Made by a program: the position numbers and the translations under genes. A stretch of 64,000 bases of DNA from Candidatus Falkowbacteria bacterium GW2011_GWF2_43_32 (GTDB lineage: Bacteria > Patescibacteriota > Patescibacteriia > Patescibacteriales > UBA12465): assembly GCA_000999715.1 (NCBI GenBank), contig LCGL01000001.1, forward strand, positions 67,139 to 131,138, written 5' to 3'. Below, piece after piece: positions 49,750-59,836 of this stretch. Each line of letters opens with the position of its first letter. The first letter of the stretch is position 1. Under the pieces are notes generated by a model, which worked only from the letters and a program-made list of their open reading frames with translations, did no database searches and was not told where the DNA came from.

Positions 49750-52700
49750 TTATAATTTACCTCCAGAAATATCAAAAAATTTTTCAAAGAAATTGGTCAA
49801 CTTAGTTAAAACAGTTTCTCTTTTCTTGCTACGTTCGCCATCTGGAGAAAACCGCGATACAGGCGGCAATACTTTTGTAATTGCCGTACCAGTCGTGGCC
49901 ACATGACCATCACGAAACGCATTTTTTATAAATGAATAAGCGGCGTCACGTTCGAGACCCTCTTTTTCAATAATATGATCTAATTCTTCAACCTTTTTTT
50001 GTTCTACAAATTTTTGCCAATCATCATCGACCACGGAATGAACATCAAGAGAAGTAATAAATTGGTTAATAAGGTCTTTTTTATTTCTAAGCTCAACACT
50101 TGAATCGATTGCCTTGTTAATATCAATTAAAATCTCTCTATTCTTGGTGTGATCTTGGTGATATTTCTTAACAAGACTTAAAACATAGTCGATATTAATT
50201 TCGACTTGCTTAATAAGCTCCATCTCAAAAACGACGTCATCATTAACATTTTCTTTTTCGTTTTCATTAGTCTTGCGGAGTTCATTATACAAATCAATAT
50301 ACATGCTGTGATAATCTTGAATATCATATTCTGTAAAAATTTCATCAGCAGCAAACTCGTCAAAAGTTGTTAAAATATTGCGTAAACGCAAAATATTACT
50401 ATAAAGCTTAATAAATTCTTTTTGAGCTTGCTCACTATCAATTCTAACGCCAACGGGAAATTTCTCCATTAATTCGTCTACTAAACTGGCATATCCTCGA
50501 ACTTCCTTATCGCCATTTTTATAACCGTTGTAATATTCTGCGTATGTTTTAAGTAAAACAATTCCGCATGCTTTTTTATCACCAAAAAGAGCAATAGCTT
50601 CGTTTGTAGCCTTTTCTAAATTTCGAAAACAAACAATATTACCAAAAGTTTTAACGCTATTTAAGATACGATTAGTTCGAGAGTAGGCCTGTAACAAACC
50701 ATGCAAACGCATATTCTTGTCTACCCAAATTGTATTAAGAGTAGTTGCATCGAACCCTGTTAAAAACATATTAACGACAATAAGAATATCTATTTCTCTG
50801 TTCTTCACTCTTTGACTAACATCTTTATAGTAATTTTGAAACTTATCAGACGATGTGTCGTACGAAGTGCCGAACATGGAGTTGTAGTCGACAATAGCAT
50901 TTTCTAAAAAATCTCTGGAACTAACATCTAGACCGCTAGTGTCTTCCGAATTTTCATCAATCATGCCATCAGCATCTTCATCGTTTACTCCAAAACTATA
51001 AATCGTAGCGACTTTAAGTCGCTTATCACTGGGAAGTTCGGCGAACTGTTTTTTAAATTCGGCGTAATATTTCTTAGCTACATCAATAGAAGATACGGCA
51101 AAAATAGAATTAAAGCCTGCCAGTCTTCGGTCTTTAATTTTGTAGAAACTATTTCGCTTTGTCTTTTGATCAAAGTGTTCACAAATATAACTAACGATAT
51201 TTTTTAAACGTTCCGGAGCCGCAAGAATTGCTTCTCGGTCTATATCACTGACTTTTTTGTCTTCAATATTTTCAGCCTCATGAACAGTGGAAATATAATC
51301 CACCTTGAAAGGTAAAACATTTTTATCTGCAATAGCGTTAACAATAGTATATGTATGTAATTTTTCGCCAAAAGCTTGTTCTGTAGTTCTTAAATCTGGG
51401 CGACCACCAGAAGAAGCATTAGCGGCAAAAATAGGTGTACCCGTAAAGCCAAAAAGGTGATAATTATTAAATGCTTTAGTAATTGCTGAATGCATATCGC
51501 CAAACTGACTACGATGGCACTCATCAAAAATAATAACAATATGCCCATTAAAAATAGCATGATTTCCATTACGACCTATAAACCTGTCTAGCTTCTGAAT
51601 GGTTGTAATAATTATTCGGGAATTTGAATCCTCTAACTGTTTTTTTAAGACTGAGGTACTGGTACTGCTATTGGCCGCACCTTTTTCAAATTTATCGTAT
51701 TCACGCATCGTTTGATAATCCAAATCTTTACGATCAACAACAAATAAAACCTTATCAACATAAGATAATTTACTGGCTAGTTGTGCGGTTTTAAAACTCG
51801 TTAAGGTTTTTCCAGAACCAGTGGTATGCCAAATATATCCGCCAGCCTCGATTGTTCCGAGTTTCTTATAATTTGTGCTTACTTCAATTCGACTTAATAT
51901 CTTTTCTGTTGCAACAATTTGATAGGGCCTCATCACTAGCAAAAATCGATCAGTAGTAAATACGCAGTATTTTGTTAAAATATTTAAAAGTGCATGTTTG
52001 GCAAAAAAAGTTTTTGAAAAATCAATAAGGTCAGTGATTGGACTATTTGTTGCATCTGCCCACCAACTAGTAAATTCAAAACTATTACTTGTTCTTTTTC
52101 CTTTTTTAATTGCACCTTCGCTCGACTCTTTAATATGCTCTGAGCGCGTTGTATTACTGTAATATTTTGTGTGTGTTCCGTTGGAAATTATAAATAGCTG
52201 CACATATTCAAAAAGTCCAGAGGAAGCCCAAAAACTCTCTCTTTGATAGCGATTAATCTGATTAAAGGCTTCTTGAATAGCTACTCCACGACGTTTTAAC
52301 TCAATATGCACAAGCGGTAAGCCATTTACGAGAACCGATACGTCGTATCTATTAGCTCGCTGTCCATCTTCAGTGGCGTACTGATTAATAACCTGTAAAC
52401 TATTATCATGAATATTATCTTTTTTAATAAGATAGATATTTTTGATAGATCCGTCATCACGAGTTAAATTTTTTATATGATCCTCTTGTATTATTGATGT
52501 TTTGTCTTCAATGCTTTGATTTGGGTTTGATATCTCGTTTGCAAAAAAACGATCCCATTCAGAATCAGTAAAAGTAAACTCGTTTAGCTTTTCTAATTGT
52601 TTTCGTAAATTACTAATAAGATCGCCATCTGAAGTAATTGCTACATAATCATAACCCTGAGCTTCTAGCTGCTTAATAAATGCACCTTCAAGTTCAGCCT

Positions 52701-52809
52701 CACTTTGATAATGAGTCACTCTTTTAGTGTCAGCGACATATTCGGCAACAACGGTGCTTTGAGTATTTTCCGCAACTAAATTGTATTTGTTATTAGCTGA
52801 CATATTCAT
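49750..52809 (-). CDS. hsdR: Type I restriction endonuclease subunit R
   Basis: RYDV..LVNGLPLVHIELK, HTTGSGKT, DECHRSQ, FTGTP, MFLTGFDA. Confidence 0.96.
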   Translation of the reverse strand: MNMSANNKYNLVAENTQSTVVAEYVADTKRVTHYQSEAELEGAFIKQLEAQGYDYVAITSDGDLISNLRKQLEKLNEFTFTDSEWDRFFANEISNPNQSIEDKTSIIQEDHIKNLTRDDGSIKNIYLIKKDNIHDNSLQVINQYATEDGQRANRYDVSVLVNGLPLVHIELKRRGVAIQEAFNQINRYQRESFWASSGLFEYVQLFIISNGTHTKYYSNTTRSEHIKESSEGAIKKGKRTSNSFEFTSWWADATNSPITDLIDFSKTFFAKHALLNILTKYCVFTTDRFLLVMRPYQIVATEKILSRIEVSTNYKKLGTIEAGGYIWHTTGSGKTLTSFKTAQLASKLSYVDKVLFVVDRKDLDYQTMREYDKFEKGAANSSTSTSVLKKQLEDSNSRIIITTIQKLDRFIGRNGNHAIFNGHIVIIFDECHRSQFGDMHSAITKAFNNYHLFGFTGTPIFAANASSGGRPDLRTTEQAFGEKLHTYTIVNAIADKNVLPFKVDYISTVHEAENIEDKKVSDIDREAILAAPERLKNIVSYICEHFDQKTKRNSFYKIKDRRLAGFNSIFAVSSIDVAKKYYAEFKKQFAELPSDKRLKVATIYSFGVNDEDADGMIDENSEDTSGLDVSSRDFLENAIVDYNSMFGTSYDTSSDKFQNYYKDVSQRVKNREIDILIVVNMFLTGFDATTLNTIWVDKNMRLHGLLQAYSRTNRILNSVKTFGNIVCFRNLEKATNEAIALFGDKKACGIVLLKTYAEYYNGYKNGDKEVRGYASLVDELMEKFPVGVRIDSEQAQKEFIKLYSNILRLRNILTTFDEFAADEIFTEYDIQDYHSMYIDLYNELRKTNENEKENVNDDVVFEMELIKQVEINIDYVLSLVKKYHQDHTKNREILIDINKAIDSSVELRNKKDLINQFITSLDVHSVVDDDWQKFVEQKKVEELDHIIEKEGLERDAAYSFIKNAFRDGHVATTGTAITKVLPPVSRFSPDGERSKKRETVLTKLTNFFEKFFDISGGKL

Positions 52810-53974
52810 TAAAAGTTAAAAGTTTATCTCGATAATATTCATACTGTTGTCTACGAGCCTTAAGCTCAGCTGGTAAACCAATGGAAATATCATTAAGTAA
52901 GGCATCAAATTTATCTAAAATTGATACAATTCTTTCTTGCTCTTTTATTGAAGGTAGTGATATTTTTATTTTCGCAAGATCTTTGGCTGACACATCAATA
53001 ACCTTAGTCCCTTTCGCATACTTTCTTTTTTGTTCTGAAAAAAATGATGTCTGAAAATAATATGACAAATACTTCGGATTTTCATTATGTTTAAATATTG
53101 TTGCATGACCGCCTGTTACTATCTCATCATCACCCAACCAAGCCACCGCCTTACAAACATCTTCAATATTTTCACTCGTACTAGTGATAATTAAATCTCC
53201 AGTGCTTACTTTCTTTAGTTTTTTAGCTGTTTCTTTTGATACAAAAGATTTAGTTTTATTAGTAAAAGTTCCATAATATGTATAAATCTGACCATAATGA
53301 ATACAGCCAATGCCAGAATCAGTGAAATCGGTTTTTGGTAAACCACTGCCTCTAATTAGTGTCCCAATTTCTCCTAAAGACATACACTCTACATCCCTAA
53401 CATTTAATAACTCATCTCTATAATATATATACTGTTTACTTCTTGCCTCCAGCTCTGCCTCCAGCTCTGCCTCCAGCTCTGTAAAACTATTAAGAATTTT
53501 TACAATTTCTTCCTGTATAACGAGAGGAGGCAATGGAATTCTTATTTTTTCCATTACATTACTCATCAGCTTAGGATTACCCATGCCAGCATTTACATAA
53601 GATTTTGCAATAACACCTAAGCTATATAATAAATATTTAGTATTTAAAACATTTTCCTTTGGCTTAAGCAGTCCGCAAACATTAGTAATACTAAATTTCC
53701 CATTATGATAAAAGACCGATCCTGCGTTTGCGCCATCAGTTGTCCATGTTACATATTCTCCGTCGTAGTCATAAGTTTTAATGTGTCCAAAAACACCCTC
53801 ATTCCCTGTTTGGGAAGAATACACGGGATAATCACCAGCGTTATTTCTGAGATAATCTTTTGACATTACTCTGCCCCGATTAATCTGGCAGATTTCACCA
53901 ATCTCCTTAAATTTCACCCCTTTTGGGCAATGTCTAGTAATTAGCTCTTCTATTTTACTTTGGTGCTTGGTCAT
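52793..53974 (-). CDS. hsdS: Type I R-M specificity subunit S (type IC-like)
   Basis: Two TRDs, IPLPPL..QEEIV.IL..F, ELEA spacer repeats, ARRQQYEYYRDKLL. Confidence 0.94.
   Translation of the reverse strand: MTKHQSKIEELITRHCPKGVKFKEIGEICQINRGRVMSKDYLRNNAGDYPVYSSQTGNEGVFGHIKTYDYDGEYVTWTTDGANAGSVFYHNGKFSITNVCGLLKPKENVLNTKYLLYSLGVIAKSYVNAGMGNPKLMSNVMEKIRIPLPPLVIQEEIVKILNSFTELEAELEAELEARSKQYIYYRDELLNVRDVECMSLGEIGTLIRGSGLPKTDFTDSGIGCIHYGQIYTYYGTFTNKTKSFVSKETAKKLKKVSTGDLIITSTSENIEDVCKAVAWLGDDEIVTGGHATIFKHNENPKYLSYYFQTSFFSEQKRKYAKGTKVIDVSAKDLAKIKISLPSIKEQERIVSILDKFDALLNDISIGLPAELKARRQQYEYYRDKLLTFNEYVS
53445..53480. repeat. Three perfect 12-bp tandem repeats in the hsdS spacer (ELEA x3)
   Basis: (GCCTCCAGCTCT)x3. 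Confidence 0.95.
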
Positions 53975-53975
53975 A

Positions 53976-55559
53976 TTATTTTCCTTCAATATTCGCAACT
54001 ATTTTGTCAATTGCGGTACGTAGTTCTCTTTGCTTTGTCACGATATGGGCTATTTCAATATTAAGCTCATTAATGTCAACTATTTCTCGATTATCTTTTG
54101 CGATAACATAACTTGAAACGGTAAAATTATAGTCATTCTTAGCAATATCTTTATTGTCTACAATTTTTGCAAAATGCTCCATATCCTTTCGAACGATAAA
54201 AGCGTTTAAAATCTTTTTACGATTTTCCTCACTTAATTTATTTTTATTTCCTCCTCGCACAAATTCAACAGAGGCATCAATAAATAAAGTCTTGTTATCT
54301 TTTTTGCTTTTTTTCAAAACAACAATACAGGTTGCGATAGTTGTTCCAAAGAAAAGATCTGGCGGTAATTGAATTACTGCATCGACATAATTATTATCAA
54401 TTAAATATTTACGAATCTTTTGTTCAGCTCCGCTACGATAAAGAACGCCTGGAAATTCAACAATTGCAGCTGTTCCACTTGTAGAAAGCCAGGAAAGCAT
54501 ATGCATAGTGAATGCAAGATCTGCCTTGCTCTTTGGAGCAAGCACTCCTGCTGGTGAAAAACGAGGGTCGTTAATCATTAGTGGGTTGCTGTCGCCATCC
54601 CAATGAATAGAATATGGCGGATTGGAAACAATGGCGTCAAACGGTTCATCGTCCCAGTGTTTTGGATCAGTTAATGTGTCACCATGTTCTATGTCAAAAT
54701 GATTATAATTAATATCATGTAAGAACATGTTAATACGGCAAAGATTGTACGTCGTTAAATTAATTTCCTGCCCGTAAAAACCTAATCTAACATTTTCTTT
54801 TCCGAGAACTTTCGCAAATTTAAGAAGAAGTGAACCAGATCCACAACAAGGATCATAAACTTTATTAACTTCTTTCTTACCAACGGTAGTAATTTCCGCT
54901 AGCAGTTCGCTAACTTCTTGCGGTGTATAAAATTCACCTCCAGATTTGCCAGCATTTGAGGCATACATAGTCATTAAAAATTCATAGGCATCACCGAAAG
55001 CATCTATTGTATTGTCTGCATAATCGCCTAAACGAAGATCTCCAATTGCTTCTAAAAGTTTTACTAACTTTTGATTTCTTTTTTCAACATTATTCCCAAG
55101 TTTAGCTGAATTTACGTCAAGATCAGCAAATAGTCCCTTTAAATCGTCTTCACTACTTGAACCTTTCGCTGAGTTTTCAATATTACTAAAAACATTAGAA
55201 AGCGTTTCATTTAGATTTGCGTCATTACGCGCATTTTTACGAACATTTACAAAAAGCCCACTAGGTAATATGTAAAATCCTTTTTCTTTTACTGTGTCAG
55301 CACGTCCGAATTCAGCTTCTTTGTCAGAAAGATTAGTATAATCAAAATCTTTTTTACCTGAGCGACGCTCGTCAGTATTAATGTAGCTGGTAAGATTCTC
55401 ACTGATAAAACGATAAAAAAGTATTCCTAAAACATATTGTTTAAAATCCCAACCATCAATACTTCCTCGCAACTCGGTTGCAATCTGCCAAATAGCACGA
55501 TGCAATTCCGTGCGTTCTTGTTCTTTTGAGAAATTTTGATTAACTATTTTATTAGCCAT
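53976..55559 (-). CDS. hsdM: Type I R-M methyltransferase subunit M
   Basis: GEFYTP, YDPCCGSGSLL, VSNPPY. Confidence 0.96.
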   Translation of the reverse strand: MANKIVNQNFSKEQERTELHRAIWQIATELRGSIDGWDFKQYVLGILFYRFISENLTSYINTDERRSGKKDFDYTNLSDKEAEFGRADTVKEKGFYILPSGLFVNVRKNARNDANLNETLSNVFSNIENSAKGSSSEDDLKGLFADLDVNSAKLGNNVEKRNQKLVKLLEAIGDLRLGDYADNTIDAFGDAYEFLMTMYASNAGKSGGEFYTPQEVSELLAEITTVGKKEVNKVYDPCCGSGSLLLKFAKVLGKENVRLGFYGQEINLTTYNLCRINMFLHDINYNHFDIEHGDTLTDPKHWDDEPFDAIVSNPPYSIHWDGDSNPLMINDPRFSPAGVLAPKSKADLAFTMHMLSWLSTSGTAAIVEFPGVLYRSGAEQKIRKYLIDNNYVDAVIQLPPDLFFGTTIATCIVVLKKSKKDNKTLFIDASVEFVRGGNKNKLSEENRKKILNAFIVRKDMEHFAKIVDNKDIAKNDYNFTVSSYVIAKDNREIVDINELNIEIAHIVTKQRELRTAIDKIVANIEGK

Positions 55560-55571
55560 AATATTTAAATT

Positions 55572-55754
55572 TTACTTTTTATTGCTAGTTTCTTCTAAAA
55601 ATAAATTAACGTCAGATTCTTTAATTCTCCAGACCCCTATTTTAGAAGCTTTCAATTTTCCCGATTCTATATATCTAATAATCGTGCGGGTACTAACCCT
55701 CAATATATTTGCAACCTCTTCAATAGTTAAAAGATTATCAACACTATTAGTCAT
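55572..55754 (-). CDS. Excisionase-family HTH DNA-binding protein
   Basis: LLTIEEVA.ILRVS.RTI.RYI.SGKL.A.KIG.WRI. Confidence 0.88.
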   Translation of the reverse strand: MTNSVDNLLTIEEVANILRVSTRTIIRYIESGKLKASKIGVWRIKESDVNLFLEETSNKK

Positions 55755-55930
55755 ATAAATTCAATTTTCTTTATCTTTTCTTTATCTAAATTTTATCACA
55801 TTTTTATTAAAAATGCCAAAAAATGACAAAAATAGACAAAATACAAGATTATGAACAGATTAGACTCCTCTCCAACAAAAACAGAGCCTCGGAAAAAGCT
55901 CTGATTCTAATTACCTTACACTTAATTTGT

Positions 55931-56551
55931 TTAATTATTTTGTGGAAATATTAATTTTATTTTGTCTTCCTGCTGTTTCGGTCGAATAAAATTATTTCTA
56001 TTACTAACAATATCTGTTAATTTTTTTGCAAATTTTTCTCCCAAAGTACCACCTATAAAAGAAGCCATAAATTCATCAACGCCAAAAGGAAAATCTTTAT
56101 CGAAATTATGCGTCCCATATCCGATCGGATGTTTGCTGAATATTGGATGAAAATCATTAAAAGAATATCCCACTGGGCATAACGATGACCTTCGTGGATG
56201 GTACATATGTAAATATAAAACATCCCAATGTTTACCTTCCGCACAAACAGTCTCGTAAACATCCACAACTTCTTCGATATCTTGAACCTCAATACTTCCT
56301 AATCGGTGATAAATTAAACCCGTACCGCATTTACATAACAAACGATTCAAATATTTCATTTCACCAATAATTCCATTAACTGGAACTGGATTATTTATAT
56401 CATGTCCAAGATTTGATATATCTTCATTAATACAGTCACAACTCTTGCCATTCTTGGCCAGAGAAGAAAGCATGGGGTGTTCTTTAGATAAATCCAACAA
56501 TTGGTCTTCCAAAGATTCATCTATATATTTCTTCTTGAAAAAATTAAACAT
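55931..56551 (-). CDS. Hypothetical protein
   Basis: 206-aa ORF; NPVPVNG..GE..YL.RL, YHRLGS, LYLHMYH blocks look conserved; function unknown. Confidence 0.65.
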   Translation of the reverse strand: MFNFFKKKYIDESLEDQLLDLSKEHPMLSSLAKNGKSCDCINEDISNLGHDINNPVPVNGIIGEMKYLNRLLCKCGTGLIYHRLGSIEVQDIEEVVDVYETVCAEGKHWDVLYLHMYHPRRSSLCPVGYSFNDFHPIFSKHPIGYGTHNFDKDFPFGVDEFMASFIGGTLGEKFAKKLTDIVSNRNNFIRPKQQEDKIKLIFPQNN

Positions 56552-56654
56552 TTGAGTTAAATATTATTATTGTAATCAATCTAGTTGATTGGATTATTAT
56601 TGATTTTATAACTAAAATATACCCAAAAATGACCAAAAAGTAAAGATATAATAA

Positions 56655-56683
56655 AAATAGAGCTTCAAAAAAAGCTCTATTTT
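56655..56683 (-). terminator. Terminator downstream of tRNA-Ser
   Basis: AAAATAGAGCTT-loop-AAGCTCTATTTT. Confidence 0.65.
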
Positions 56684-56710
56684 CAAGTACCTCGTGCTAG
56701 CACGATGTTG

Positions 56711-56797
56711 CGGAGAGAGAGGGATTCGAACCCTCGGTACTCTTACGAATACACAGACTTTCCAGGTCTGCCGATTAAACCGCTCTCGCATCTCTCC
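56711..56797 (-). tRNA. tRNA-Ser(GGA), long variable arm, CCA not encoded
   Basis: GGAGAGA/TCTCTCC acceptor stem, CAGAC-CTGGAAA-GTCTG anticodon arm, GGTTCGAATCC T-arm, G discriminator. Confidence 0.96.
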
Positions 56798-57446
56798 ATT
56801 TTTTATATAAATCAAAAATCCTGGGATTAGAAGAACCAAATATATTAATATAATTCTCCACAGCATTCTTGCCGTATAAATAAATACTGCGCCCGTCATT
56901 CTTAATGTAAGATTCAATCCCAGATTTACGCAGAATACTCGCTACAGAATTCAGAAGATTTCTAGAATAACTCGTGAAACAAAATCCAATATTCTTATAA
57001 TTCACCCCTTTAATCTTATGGCGATGAATATAAAGACAGCCATCGGTGTCCACTAGCCCGCGTACAAAAACTTTGGAATATTTATCATTTTTACCCACCC
57101 AATTGGGAATATCAAACATCTGTTTAATCTTATTACCTCTAACCGCTCCTTTTTTAACTAAAAAATCGACTAATGATATACTCGAAGATACAATTTGTAA
57201 TGTTCTTTTACCTCTTTTCCTAACTACTGGTTCAATACCAAAAAGTTCACGTATTAATCTAACCACATACTCAGCGTATTTTTCATCTTTATCCGCATTT
57301 AAAGTAATAACTACCTGCCAAGGGTTATTAATTCCACCATCACCAAATTCTATTCCAATTAACTCGGCTAAACGAATTGATTCTCTAGGGGTTTTGATGG
57401 TCTTGCGATGGCTTTTTGTCGGATACTTTAGAAGATTAATATTCAT
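56775..57446 (-). CDS. Double-motif LAGLIDADG homing endonuclease-like protein
   Basis: LAELIGIEFGDG and FVRGLVDTDG motifs. Confidence 0.88.
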   Translation of the reverse strand: MNINLLKYPTKSHRKTIKTPRESIRLAELIGIEFGDGGINNPWQVVITLNADKDEKYAEYVVRLIRELFGIEPVVRKRGKRTLQIVSSSISLVDFLVKKGAVRGNKIKQMFDIPNWVGKNDKYSKVFVRGLVDTDGCLYIHRHKIKGVNYKNIGFCFTSYSRNLLNSVASILRKSGIESYIKNDGRSIYLYGKNAVENYINIFGSSNPRIFDLYKKWRDARAV

Positions 57447-57592
57447 ATAATTTTATCAACATAAAATATCAACCAAACTAAGTTAAAGAATCCTAATATT
57501 TTTCTCTTTTTATAACCAACGCTGCGTCTTTATTAATTAAAGCACCCCTCCCCTTCTACCAATTAACGCTTTTCCTTTCTTACAATTAACGA

Positions 57593-58309
57593 TTAATCAA
57601 CCTCCGCTAATTTTTTCATTATCGTCGCCCGCAAGCCCTCAATCGTATCACCGTTGGAATCTACAAAATCCGCGTAAGGCCGCGCACCCAAAATCATTTC
57701 CGAACCGATAAAAATGGTCGGCGCGCCCAATACGCCATAACCAACCGCTTCCGCCATCGCTTGTTCTATTTTTCCTGATTTTTCTTCGTTAGTCAAGCAA
57801 AGGCCAAATTTGTTCTTGTTTAAACCGATTTGTTCAACATACTCATCAAGATTATCGCCGATCGCTTGTTGATTCTCGGCTTGCGCAAAAACCAATGTGC
57901 GCATCTCCGCCCACTTCTTCTGTTCGGCGGCGCAAGTCACGATTAAAGCGGCTGACCGAGATAAAGCGGAATTTTCCAAAACATAGGGACGCACGATAAC
58001 GGCAACCGGTTTCTTAAACTCCGTCCTGGCCTTAGCCAGAGTTTTTGCCAAAGCGGCGCTATAGATACTGGCATAATCCTCATACACAAAAATTTTCACC
58101 ACCGCCTCGGACGAACCGAAAATCATGTCGCCATCTCGCCAAACCGGCGCCTGCTCGGCCGCATAGCTCTGAGCGTTGGCGCCTTCAATATTCAAAACTT
58201 CGGCAGAATTGTTAATTGCCACCAGTTTCGGACGCCAAGCGATGATGACTATAATGACAACCGCTATCAAGACGGCCGCCAAGATTAATTGTAACCGGAT
58301 TTTTTTCAT
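57593..58309 (-). CDS. DsbA-like thioredoxin-fold protein lacking CxxC
   Basis: N-terminal TM, G...A.V.I.VYEDY, GVLGAPTIFIG; YASIYS replaces CPxC. Confidence 0.75.
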   Translation of the reverse strand: MKKIRLQLILAAVLIAVVIIVIIAWRPKLVAINNSAEVLNIEGANAQSYAAEQAPVWRDGDMIFGSSEAVVKIFVYEDYASIYSAALAKTLAKARTEFKKPVAVIVRPYVLENSALSRSAALIVTCAAEQKKWAEMRTLVFAQAENQQAIGDNLDEYVEQIGLNKNKFGLCLTNEEKSGKIEQAMAEAVGYGVLGAPTIFIGSEMILGARPYADFVDSNGDTIEGLRATIMKKLAEVD

Positions 58310-58348
58310 ATGAGCGAATTTAGCAATAAATAAAACAACGCTTAATTT

Positions 58349-59821
58349 TTATTTCGCGTGCCTCTCTTCCGTCGCCGCCAAAATTCCGGCTACCTTTAAA
58401 ATCAAGCCTTCTTGCAGGCGCGGACCAATCAATTGCGCGCCAACCGGCAAGCTCTTCCCTGCTTCCGCCGCTACCGTTCCCGCCGGTACGGAAATCGCCG
58501 GCAAGCCGGCCAAACTGGCGCCGGTCACAAAAATATCTTCCAAATACATCGCCAAAGGATCGTTAATTTGTTGACCAATTTTGAAAGCCGGATGAGGCGA
58601 GGTCGGCGTCAATAACAAATCCACTTTTTCAAAAACCCGTTGAAAATCATTAATAATCAAAGTCCGCACCTGTTGCGCTTTTTTATAATACGCATCATAA
58701 TAGCCGGCGCTCAAAGCATAGGTACCAAGCATAATGCGACGCTTGGTTTCCGCTCCGAAGCCCGCGCCCCGACTGGATTTATAAAACTCCTGCAAATCTT
58801 TAGCTTCATTTTTGGACAAACCCCAACCGATGCCGTCAAAACGAGCCAAGTTGGAACTGATTTCTGACGGGGTCACCAGATAATAAACCGGCACGCCGTA
58901 TTTTGTATAAGGCAGACTCACTTCCATCAACTGCGCTCCGGCGGCCTTTAATTTTTCCGCTCCCGCTCTGACGCGCGCGGCCACTTCCTTGTCCAACTCT
59001 TTTAAAAAATATTCTTTCGGCCAACCGATTTTCAAACCCGACAAGGGTTTATCGGTCGCACTCAAAATCATTTTTTGTCGATAATGTTCCACCGCTTCCG
59101 TCGCCGTGGTCGCGTCGCGTTCATCAGCGCCGGCGATAATCTCCAACACCAGGGCGGCATCTTCTACGGTTTTGGTTAGAGGTCCGATGACATCGGTGGA
59201 AGAAGTCATGGACAACAAACCGGAACGGGAAACTCGTCCATAACTCGGTTTCAAACCGACAACACCGCAAAAACTGGCCGGCTGACGAATGGAACCGCCG
59301 GTATCGGAACCGAGCGCGAACAAACACATGTCGGCCGCCACAGCCGCCGTACTGCCGCCGGACGAACCGCCGGGAACCCGACTCAAATCGCGCGGATTCT
59401 TAGTCAGACCGTAAGCGGAGCTTTCCGTGGAAGCGCCATGGGCAAATTCATCCAGATTAGTTTTTCCCAAAAGAACCGCTCCGGCTTCTTTTAACTTTTT
59501 AATAACGGTGGCGTCATAAGGAGCGACATAATTTTCCAAAATTTTAGAAGCGGCGGTCGTTTTCAACCCTTTGGTCATGATATTATCCTTGCATAGATAA
59601 GGAATGCCGAGCAGATTGCCGGTTTCCCCGGCCTTGATTCTGATATCGGCGGCGGCGGCGGCGGCCAAAGCTTCCGGCTCGCAAACCGACAGACAAGCGT
59701 GGATTTCCATATCCGCCTCCTTAATACGTGCCAAACAGGCCCGCGTCAAATCAAGAGCGGAAATCTCTCCGCCGTCCAATTTCGCCCGCGCTTCTTGGAT
59801 TGTCAATTCATTTAACTTCAT
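58349..59821 (-). CDS. gatA: Glu-tRNA(Gln) amidotransferase subunit A
   Basis: KTNLDEFA.G, PGGSSGGS, GSDTGGSIRQPASFCG. Confidence 0.97.
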   Translation of the reverse strand: MKLNELTIQEARAKLDGGEISALDLTRACLARIKEADMEIHACLSVCEPEALAAAAAADIRIKAGETGNLLGIPYLCKDNIMTKGLKTTAASKILENYVAPYDATVIKKLKEAGAVLLGKTNLDEFAHGASTESSAYGLTKNPRDLSRVPGGSSGGSTAAVAADMCLFALGSDTGGSIRQPASFCGVVGLKPSYGRVSRSGLLSMTSSTDVIGPLTKTVEDAALVLEIIAGADERDATTATEAVEHYRQKMILSATDKPLSGLKIGWPKEYFLKELDKEVAARVRAGAEKLKAAGAQLMEVSLPYTKYGVPVYYLVTPSEISSNLARFDGIGWGLSKNEAKDLQEFYKSSRGAGFGAETKRRIMLGTYALSAGYYDAYYKKAQQVRTLIINDFQRVFEKVDLLLTPTSPHPAFKIGQQINDPLAMYLEDIFVTGASLAGLPAISVPAGTVAAEAGKSLPVGAQLIGPRLQEGLILKVAGILAATEERHAK

Positions 59822-59836
59822 GCTCTTTATTTTTAT

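Larger units (their letters stand above)
35630..56727. mobile_element. ~21 kb AT-rich genomic island integrated at the tRNA-Ser 3' end
   Basis: Visibly lower GC, tRNA 3'-end direct repeats at both ends, recombinase, terminase, repressor, excisionase-like HTH, R-M and DGR cargo. Confidence 0.75.

Noticed and set aside
35630..56727. Intact prophage
   Set aside because: No portal, capsid, tail or lysis genes recognised.
56612..56917. 101-aa ORF across the tRNA
   Set aside because: Overlaps the tRNA and the LAGLIDADG gene; spurious.
56711..57446. Intron-split tRNA carrying the LAGLIDADG gene
   Set aside because: The tRNA cloverleaf is contiguous and I found no upstream tRNA half.
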